Below are positions 25,417-36,200 of a DNA stretch of 64,000 nt, piece after piece. A model generated the notes under the pieces. The model saw only the letters and a list, made by a program, of their open reading frames with translations. It was not told the DNA's origin and ran no database searches. The DNA is from Dimorphilus gyrociliatus (Eukaryota > Animalia > Annelida). The stretch covers positions 868,001 to 932,000 of the forward strand of contig CAJFCJ010000008.1 in NCBI GenBank assembly GCA_904063045.1, read 5' to 3'. How positions within the stretch are numbered: position 1 is the stretch's first letter; every line of letters starts with the position of its first letter. The position numbers were made by a program, and so were the translations under genes.

Positions 25417-28400
25417 TTAAATTTTTCTATCGAAAAGTCGCTCGTCGATGACACTTGAGTTCATTGTGCGATTATCGTAAGCATCGCTTTCTTCATCTCT
25501 GGATTTTCTTCTCTTCTTTATAATATGCCTTACTGCTACAACTAATATTGCGGCGGAAAGGATTCCCGATATTACAGCCAATATTGTAATGGTAACTGTT
25601 GATCCGTTGCTTTGGCTAATTGCTGTTTCAACTTGGTTGTTGTCAGCCTTTTGAGCAGCAGCTGATTGTCCCGTTGCTACCAAGGCAACTGAAAGAATTA
25701 TGAATTTTAGTACTAATTATAATAATTCGTTTGTCTTTTGTCTTACAGAGGCACATAAAAGATCCATAGGTGTTTACGCAAAATTGATCTCCTTGACAGG
25801 GGTTAGTACCAGAACATTCGTTATTATCTAAACAAGTTCTACCATCTGTAGACAGGGTAAAACCATCTCTGCAAGCACAAGTGTAACTTCCTCCAGTATT
25901 AACACAACGATCGTCACAGTTATGAGTTCCAGCATTACATTCATCAATATCTGCAAAAAGGAGCAAGTATATCGTATTAAAAGTTTAGCGAACTTCTCTA
26001 AGTGTCTTTAAATGCAAACCTCTACATCTGGTGCCACTGATAGGTACAACTCTATTATTCGAGTCAGTGCATGTACAAAGTCTTTGATTGTTGATATATT
26101 CACAAACAACGCTGTCAACTGTAAAATATTTATATATGAAAAGAAAGAACCAAGAATTAGCATCTTTAATCTTACTTGTACACGTCGTATCTTCAATTGG
26201 TATTGGTACTAAATTGAATCCTGGTCGACACAGGCAGCAAAAACCTTGGGCAGTATCGAAACAAACTTGATCACAACCACCATTATTTACAAGACACTCA
26301 TTCACTCCAAAAAATCCTGGTAAGCCTGTTTTACCAGTTGGACCGGGAGGACCACCAGGACTTCCAGCAATTCCACGAGGACCAGCAGGTCCTTCAGGAC
26401 CAATATCACCCTCTTCTCCCTGAGGTCCTATGGGTCCTATTTCTCCTTGTACTCCTCCATTTCCAGGTTGACCTGAAAGTTTACTAAATCGTTAAGACTT
26501 TCTCTCTCTATATATATTAATTTCTTACCCATCGGGCCCTCAGCTCCAGGACTACCATCCGCTCCTGGTGAACCTAAAGGTCCTCTTACTCCCATAACTC
26601 CAGGATTTCCAGGCGCCCCAATAGGCCCTCTTGGACCTTTTCTTCCTGTTCCTCCTGTTGCGCCAACTGGTCCAGGTGATCCAGTGCCACCTGAATTTAA
26701 ATAAAAGGGTGTATTTGATATAGAGATAAACTCTTATGTACTTACCTCTTTCGCCCTGTGGTCCATCAATACCCAATTCTCCAATACCTCCGGTTCTACC
26801 AACTGGTCCAGCTGGTCCAGTTGGTCCACGATCTCCCACATCCCCCTGTTGTCCTCTAGGGCCCCTAGCTCCTACAGGACCGGTTCCTCCCCTGGTTCCT
26901 TGAGATCCTTGCGGCCCTTGCCGACCTGGAGGTCCTAATTGACCTTGAGGACCATCAGCCCCTTGTTTACCAGGTTGGCCTGTATTTCCTCGGGGACCAT
27001 CTGGCCCATCCGGTCCTCTATATCCATCTGGTCCTTCGAAACCCATTATACCTCTTGGACCTGATGCTCCTCTGAAACCAGTTGCTCCTAAGCGACCTTG
27101 TTTTCCAGCCTGCCCTGGTGGACCCTTTTCACCTTTAAGACCTTGATCTCCAGCTTCTCCCCTTAAGCCGATAATACCCTGCCTACCCTCTCTACCAGTA
27201 TCACCTTTAGTTTATAAACATATTTATTTTATATTAAGAGAATTATAGTTTAACTAACCTATTGAACCCTGATTTCCAATGGGACCTTCAGGACCTGCTG
27301 GTCCTTCTGGTCCAGCAGGGCCTTGAGGACCAATTTCTCCTGTCGCGCCAATTCGACCTCTTCTGCCTTGTAGACCTCTTAATCCAGGCAGTCCTACCTC
27401 GCCAGTTGCGCCTAAAGGCCCTGGCGGACCGGCTTGTCCTCTATCGCCAGCTTCTCCTGCCACTCCTTGAACTCCCTCCTCTCCTGCGTCTCCATCGAGA
27501 CCTTTTGCCCCAACAGGTCCTGACTGGCCTCTGGGCCCTATGCCTCCTTTCGCACCAGGTTCTCCAGTACTTCCTCTGTCACCTGGCAATCCTCTTTCAC
27601 CTTGTGGCCCTGGGAGTCCTATTTCACCATTTGCTCCGATATCTCCAGTGTCACCCTGAATAGTTACACTTGAATAATATCTAATTTAGGGTAAGAAGCA
27701 GCTTACCATGGCTCCAGCATCTCCAGCCGGTCCTCTATCACCTGGACTTCCAGAAGCTCCAACTGGACCTATGGGACCCTTCGATCCTCTAGCACCAGGG
27801 TCTCCAGCATCTCCAATCATTCCCGTATCTCCTTGCGGACCTTGTCGACCATCTGGACCTGGAAGACCATCTGCTCCAATATCTCCTTGATCACCTATCG
27901 GCCCGTTGGGTCCTTTGGGACCAATATCACCGACTGGACCATCATTTCCTTTTGGACCTGTTAGTCCCATTATACCTTTTGGCCCAGTGCTGCCAGTATC
28001 TCCAAGTATACCTTGTGCTCCGTTTGGCCCCTTATTTCCCTCTAGACCTTGTTCACCTCTTGGGCCCTTTAGGCCTGGCCCACCAATAGGTCCTGGAGAA
28101 CCAGTATCTCCTTGGGAACCGGGTGAGCCCTTTTGGCCAGCACTTCCTTCTGCTCCTTCTGGTCCTTGATCGCCAACTAATCCTGGTAATCCTGTAGCAC
28201 CTTGGCCGCCTTGAGGGCCTTGCGGTCCAGTATTCCCGGGAGATCCAGCCTCACCCTTTCAGTAATTTTAAGTACAAATTATAACTCTTTCTAGTTAAAA
28301 CTTACTTGTGCACCAGGAGGCCCTTGTAAACCTTGTTGACCAATGGATCCCACTGGACCTGTTGCACCAACTGGTCCTGCTGGACCCTTTTGTCCAGTAT

Positions 28401-31400
28401 AGCCTGGTTGACCAGTTGCTCCTTGACCACCAACTGGACCACGAGAGCCGGCAGGTCCAGGGTCTCCTTGAACGCCAGCATCACCAACAACACCACGATC
28501 TCCATTAACGCCTTCGGGACCTACTTGACCTTTATCACCTTCAGCACCCTTATCTCCTATAGGTCCCTGATCTCCTGCTATACCAGGAACTCCTATGTAC
28601 AATAAAAGTTAAACTTAAAGATTTTCAAAAATGTTGTATTTCAAAATATCCTACCAATTGCTCCAGCAGGTCCTTGTTCACCAGTGAAACCATTACTTCC
28701 TGGTAGACCTTGAGGTCCAGGATTTCCTTGAAGGCCTTTAGGACCAACTTCTCCTGTATCTCCAGCCCCACCATTAGCACCAACGGGACCTTGAGATCCA
28801 GCTGTTCCCATTTCTCCTGATAAGCCTTTAACACCTTTTGGACCTTTGTCACCAGCCTCTCCTATATTGATAAAAATTGAAGATTTTTTTTATACACTAT
28901 ATATGAAGAATTATAATAAAGTCGAACACTTATCTCAAAATAGCATATTCAACTAAATAATGAAAGCAAATGAAATGAGCTTACCTTGTTTTCCTCTGTC
29001 ACCAGCAGGCCCTATTTGGCCTTTTGAACCTTTACCGCCTTGCGCGCCAGGATCTCCAGGAGCTCCAATTTGACCCTGAAGTCCTTGAGCACCCTTTGCA
29101 CCGATATCACCATCTACTCCTTTTTCTCCAGCAGGTCCTTTGGGTCCAGGGTTACCGACTGGACCATCTGGTCCAGGAAGTCCGTCTGCACCTTGAATTC
29201 CGTTTATTCCCTTTTCTCCAGGATTACCAACTTTTCCAGGTTCTCCAGCAGATCCTTGTGGACCCTATTAGAATATTTCTTTATCCTTGTATATCATTTT
29301 AAAGCATAAAATACTTACAGGAGATCCTTGACTGCCTGGATTGCCCTGAATTCCAGGTGGTCCTGCATTACCAGGCAGGCCAACTGCACCAGCTGGACCT
29401 ATCTTTCCTTTATTTCCATCTGGACCGATAGGACCTTGAATACCTTGGTCACCTGGCGGACCAGGGTTTCCGTTAGCTCCAGGACTACCAGGAGCACCTT
29501 GATCTCCAGGTATACCAGCCTCACCACCCGCACCGCCTGGTCCTATGGGTCCTTTCGGACCTGCAGGACCTGGGTCACCAACAGCTCCACCAGCTCCAGG
29601 TGTGCCTGCTCTTCCTGCAGGTCCAACTTTTCCCTTATCACCATTTCGACCATTATCTCCAGGTGGGCCTTTCGCTCCTTGGCTTCCAATCGTTCCTGGA
29701 TCTCCAACATCTCCACTCTGTCCTGGCAATCCTTGTAAGCCAGTTGCACCTTGTAATCCAAATCTACCTGGCGATCCGGCATCCCCAGTGAAACCAGGGT
29801 TACCTGGTGCTCCGGGCAGGCCTTGTGGTCCTGGACTACCTGCTCCACCTTGCGCTCCTTTATCACCTGGTGATCCAGCTACCCCATTTGGGCCAGTAGC
29901 TAAAAACAGGCGCTATGACTCACTTATATTTGTTATCCTTTGTAAACTCACCTCCTTGAGGACCCTTAGCACCTCCGGTTCCTTCAGGGCCTACATTTCC
30001 AATTGGCCCCTGAACACCTGGTTCTCCTTTTATACCTGGTGCACCTTTTTCTCCTGCGGGACCTGCATCTCCCTGGGGTCCGTCAAGTCCTTGAGGACCA
30101 GCGGGACCCTTAGAACCAGCTGGTCCAGGGTCTCCTATATCTCCAGCGGGACCAACACTTCCTGTATCGCCTTCTGAACCGGGCAGTCCGTCTGGGCCAG
30201 GAGAGCCTTGATCCCCCGCATCCCCAGTGTCTCCCTGTAGACCTTTGGGACCAGCAAGTCCTTGGCCTCCCTGAGGTCCTTGATTTCCAGTGTCTCCCAT
30301 TGGTCCAGGATCCCCAACAGCACCTTTCTGGCCATCTATTCCCTTTGGCCCTTTAGCTCCAGGAGCACCTTTAGAGCCAGCATCCCCTAGATCTCCTGGC
30401 TCACCTATTTAACAAATAATGTAAATGAAGCAAACTTTTTTATGAGAATTTTCATCATAAAAAGTAATAAAAAGTTTTTATTACCAATTGGACCATTTGG
30501 TCCAGGAGCACCACCTGCTCCATCACTTCCTGGGGGTCCATCTATTCCTATATCACCTGTATCCCCTTCTGAACCCTTCGGTCCCTTTTCTCCTGGTAGA
30601 CCTGGGTCGCCTTGAGGACCAGTAGCTCCCTAGATATAAATATAATTACAAAGTCTTAAAATAAGAACTTTAGATTTTTTTACCTGTTGACCTTGTTGAC
30701 CTGGGTCACCATTAGGGCCAGGTAAACCTTTTGACCCAGCTGGTCCTGGATCGCCATTAGACCCAATTGGACCAAACTCTCCTGGATCTCCATTCTTTCC
30801 AGGTGCACCGCTTGCTCCTTGTGTACCAATCGGTCCTATATCTCCATTTGGCCCAATAGGACCGGTGTTTCCCATATTTCCTTTTGGCCCATCTGGGCCG
30901 GTAAATCCAGGATCCCCTACATAAATTATATTTATTTAGGCTTATTTCTAATATTAATCTCTTCTAACCTGGTTGTCCTGGTGGACCATCACTTCCAACG
31001 TTGCCTTTTGGACCAGGAGGTCCAGACATACCAGTAAATCCTTGATCACCTCTGTTGCCATTGATTCCTGGTGAACCTCTACTTCCTTCAGAACCAACGT
31101 CACCAGGCGCACCTTAAAACAAGAAGAGTTGTAGGACTATATTCAATCGAAATATTCACATACCTGGTGGGCCACGGAAACCAATTTCTCCTTTATCACC
31201 TACTGTTCCTTTTGGTCCCACAGATCCTTTTGGACCATCTTCTCCTTTGGGTCCCTGTGGTCCTTGATCTCCTGTATTTCCAGCTGGGCCTGGTGGTCCT
31301 TTGTCTCCACTCTGTCCGGGCTGCCCCTGTGCACCATTAATTCCACTTTCTCCTTGAAGCCCTCTATTTCCTTGTGGCCCTTGATCCCCTTGAGGTCCTC

Positions 31401-32274
31401 GAATACCATTAGGACCTTTTATTCCAGTTGGTCCTTTCGGTCCTATACTTCCAATGTCCCCAGGTTGACCAGCTGAGCCTGGTGGACCTACAAAAAATAT
31501 CAATTAAGAAAATTAATAAATTGTCATATTGCATATAATCATGAAATTCTGGTTCAAGTAGATTACCTTGCTGACCGTCAGCACCAGCTGGCCCTTTATC
31601 ACCAGGATCGCCAACCATTCCTTGTGGACCTCTTGGTCCTTGTAAACCAGGGGAACCATTTTGACCTACACCTCCTTTATTTCCAGTAGCTCCCTGAGAT
31701 CCACGAGGACCAGGATTTCCTTGTCGCCCAATATTTCCTACTGGACCTTGAGGTCCAACTGGGCCTTTGGGACCAGGTTTTCCAAAGTTACCAGAACGAC
31801 CAGGAGGTCCTGTTCCACCTGGATTCCCTTGGTCACCTGGGGGACCTTCTCGTCCCTCCGGACCTGCAGGTCCGGGTGGGCCCTGATTGCCTTTGGGGCC
31901 GATAACACCTCTTGGACCGATTCGGCCAGGAGATCCGGAAGAGCCGGTCGCACCTGGAAGACCTGCTGGCCCCGGTGGCCCAGGAACTCCTCTCAGACCT
32001 TGAAATAGAAATCAGTACTTATTGAAAATAATTTATTTTATTTAGGTGATTACCCGTTCCTTCCATACACAGACCGCCTTCCTTACATTCTGTATTTTGA
32101 TCACCTCCAACACCTCTGGCGGAATTCTGACAAAATGCTACAATAATAATAAAAGAAGAAAATTAAACGAGAGGTAACACAAAAGAAAGATTTGTTTGTA
32201 GAAGAAATTAGCATACCTTTGCTAACGAACAGCAAAAAAATAACAATCGGTAAAACGCTGAGCCTTTTTTCCAT
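25417..32274 (-). CDS. Collagen C: type I transmembrane EGF-collagen
   Basis: Signal peptide [23 protein letters not shown]; CKEGGLC cap; Gly-X-Y 31998-26309; EGF units; [22 protein letters not shown] then RHIIKKRRK; stop 25417. Confidence 0.9.
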
Positions 32275-33247
32275 CTGATATCAATAGAAATTATGAAATA
32301 ACACTGCAGTCGAATATGAAAAGTATTAGTTGTAAAATGAAATCGAAGTTATATTCTATAACATGTCTTCTCTTTAATACTTGGTTTTTTTTTAACATAC
32401 CAATATAACTTATAATAAATTGAATGAAAATAAAGGCTTTTCTATATTTTAATTGATAATTTTTGTTCTAATGCTTACCTTTAGTTTATTATAAGGCTAT
32501 GCAGCGTTAAAATTTCCTTCAATCCTGCCCTGGGAACGTTACTGCCCAGCTGCAGAGATGGAAAATTTTTTATAATTGTCCGCCTTAAAGCATATACAGC
32601 ACAAGCACAGTCCTTAGAGCGGCGCTGTCCTCCACAGTTGACTGCACTTTGAATCCTTATGATTAAAAAATGATCCGAAAGAGCTGTCTGATCTTTCATA
32701 CCGTCTCCAACGCTAACACTTTTACCGCCACGCGTTTTTAGAGCGGTTTATTTTGAAATACTTTTATTAAACTTTTTATGCTAACTCCCTGCACTTGCTT
32801 TCCCAATAAGAAATTACCATAGAAACATATGCAAATTAATTAATAAAAATTAATTCAATAGCTAAAATCTCGCTTAAAGATTTTAAAACTAAATAATATC
32901 TGTATTTATAAAGCATTTATTTTCAACTACTCCCCCTAGTGCGAAAATCAAATTCAACCAAGCTGAACACTCAAAGTGGATGTGGTAAAATCAACGTCCT
33001 ATATGCTTTTCTGTGACACCGAATAGTTTTCTCCAGAGATAGTGTGAGTGAGAGGGTTAGTAAAGTTTTCGTATGATCATTTCAACTTACTATCTTCAAT
33101 TACAAATTAAAGATAGTTTAAAGAAAATAATGCAGTGTTATAGCAATATTGCACAGTTGTAACAAAACAATTTGCAAAGTTACTCTAATGGCATTTTATT
33201 TATTTATTTAAAAACGATTATTTAATCATTACTATTCAAACAGGGCA
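32275..33247. promoter_or_regulatory. Bidirectional promoter / 5' leader region shared by collagens C and D
   Basis: Head-to-head ATGs 973 bp apart. Each start codon lies just downstream of an acceptor (C: TCAG/ATG; D: ACAG/GGCAATG) with upstream donors near 32478 (-) and 33045 (+), implying 5' UTR exons and a core of a few hundred bp. Confidence 0.6.
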
Positions 33248-36200
33248 ATGCTGAAGGTCCTTGCACTATTTTACATTTTCTCTGGAGTAAACTGGAGTAA
33301 GTATCTTATTTTTCCTTTAACGTTTTATCAATTCTTGTAGTAACGCATTTATATGCAAATATCTGCATATATGCTTTATCATCTTTTAAATATATTGATA
33401 ATTTTAAACCATCTTATTTATCGAATATCGTATTTATTGACCAAAATAAAAGAAATTTTGACAACTTTATTGATGTTCTCATAGTTTTACAAAAAAGAAC
33501 TTTTTCTTCTTTAGGTCTGGCTTTTTTTCTTGTGAAATTTTTTTTACAGCCTTTTTTTATATACAATTTTTAATATTCTTTTTTTAAACCAATAGTTTAC
33601 GCTCAGCAAAATGTTGGGGAAGGGCGAGGCGGTGACCAGACTGTAAAATGCAAAAAAGGAGGATTTTGTTATGATGGCACAGGTAGTCTATCAGACATTT
33701 ACCCTTTTAAACTCTTTCATCTATATTTTTCTTCACGATAATTTTCAGGCCAAAGAGGAGCTCCAGGTTTACCAGGGCCTGTGGGACCCCCAGGGGAGAC
33801 TGGTCCTGTAGGGGATAGAGGTATCGTAGGGCAAAAGGGTGTTCTTGGACCTAAAGGAGACAATGGCCCTCCAGGTAATTAATTACTCAAAAACAAACCC
33901 AATACACTGAAACATACGATTTTATTCTGTAGGTCCAGACGGAAACTATGGACCACAAGGTCCAGTAGGAGATACTGGTCCTCCTGGTTTTACGGGATCT
34001 GCAGGTCCACCAGGCCAGAGAGGTCCAATTGGATCTAAAGGCCCCCGTGGTATTCAAGGAGATAGGGGAAGAATAGGTCTAGCAGGTTTGGCTGGACCTG
34101 GTGGTCCCCAGGGGCCAGCTGGTAAAAAAGGTACCAAAGGAGTTGCTGGAGGACCTGGAGATTTCGGTCCACCAGGCTTACCTGGGGAAGACGGAGACAG
34201 GGGTGATAGAGGCCCTGTAGGAAATACAGGATTAGAAGGTATACATTTATTTTTCAGATATTAGATTTACGCTTTCTTAAAATTATGAAAAGGTCCAAGA
34301 GGGTTACCAGGCGATCGTGGGAGTAATGGTGATAAAGGTCCCCAAGGAGCTGAAGGCATTAAAGGAGCTCCTGGATCTCAAGGAGTGGCAGGAGAGTCTG
34401 GTCCTGTTGGGGAAAAGGGGACTAACGGTACAGATGGTCTACCAGGTGCAATTGGAAGAGATGGACCAGTAGGAGATAAAGGAGATCGCGGCCCACAGGT
34501 AAAAATACTTTGTTCATTTTTATAGTCAATAAAAAAAGGTATTTTAGGGGAAAATAGGAGAAAAAGGCCTCAAAGGATTACTGGGCTCTACAGGACCAAA
34601 GGGAGATAATGGCCCAAAAGGAATTATTGGTATGAAAGGAGAAAAGGGTTTCCGTGGTCCTTTAGGCGAACCAGGATCAGTCGGTAATCCAGGAATTGAT
34701 GGTCAACAAGGATTTAATGGGGGTCAGGGGTTACAAGGTTCAACAGGAGATACTGGGGGTATAGGACCCAAAGGAAACCCTGGTCCTGTTGGTAGTCAAG
34801 GATTACAAGGTGATTCTGGACCCGTTGGTCCAGCCGGGCCAAAGGGTTTACCTGGGAGCACAGGTGTACAAGGACCAGGAGGCAGTCCAGGACCACAAGG
34901 GGATAAAGGAGAAAAAGGTTTTCCTTAATCTGGCAAAGTTTCTGTTACTAATTGATTTTTGAACTCTAGGTTCTGTTGGTCTTCGTGGCATACCAGGAAA
35001 TATAGGAGTAATCGGTCTTAAAGGAAGTAATGGAAACCCTGGTATAAATGGACTGTCCGGCCCTGGAGGTGATCCAGGTGAAATAGGACCTCAGGGCAGT
35101 ACAGGACCTGAAGGAGATCCGGGAGTACCTGGTGTTAAAGGTTCAGCCGGAGGGCTTGGCGATACAGGTGATATTGGTCTAGATGGACCAATGGGAAAAA
35201 ATGGAACGATTGGTCCTGACGGAGATACTGGACCAAGAGGTACATTTTTGTCAACTATGATTCTTAATTTAACTATTTATATTAAATTCAGGTCCTGTCG
35301 GCGATGTTGGGGATCGAGGAAGTAAAGGGCCCGTAGGTAGTAAAGGACCACAGGGATTTGATGGATTAAAAGGAGATGCAGGAGAAAGGGGGTTTACAGG
35401 GCCGGACGGTCCTAAAGGACCAGTAGGCAAAGCTGGCGCTCAAGGTCTTCAAGGTAATAGAGGGAATGCTGGTGATGTTGGTGACACAGGCCCGCCAGGA
35501 GAAATCGGTTTAGTTGGAGGGCTAGGAGCAACTGGAGAAAAAGGACCTATTGGAGATCCCGGGGAGGCAGGAGTACCTGGTGGAAAGGGAATGAATGGAG
35601 AACCTGGACCAGACGGGCCGCAAGGCGATGCAGGTCAACTTGGTGAAAAGGGTGTTATAGGTCCAAAAGGAGATCAAGGATCCACAGGTCCTGCTGGAGC
35701 CATTGGAGTAGAAGGTGCTAAAGGCAACAAAGGGCCTCTTGGTCAGCAAGGAGTCATGGGAGATTTTGGACAACCTGGAGATAAAGGTGATATCGGTAGT
35801 AATGGTCTGCCTGGCAATAAGGGACAAGTTGGCGCCGCCGGACCAGCCGGGCCTATAGGAGATATTGGATCTCCTGGCGATGCAGGACCCGATGGATCAA
35901 TAGGATTAGATGGACGACAGGGTTCACCTGGAGACGCAGGAGGACCAGGTCCCCCCGGAATTCAAGGAGTTAAAGGCGTGAGAGGAGACTTTGGTTCTCG
36001 AGGAAATCCCGGTCCTGCAGGACCAAATGGTAATATAGGCCAAAATGGTCGTGTTGGCGATGTTGGTGATGTTGGAGTTGCTGGAGCTAAGGGAGCTCTA
36101 GGATCTGCTGGAGAAAAGGGAGCTGATGGGCCCATTGGTAACCCTGGAATCAATGGTGTTCAAGGACCTCGCGGTAAGCCAGGTCCAATTGGAGATCAAG

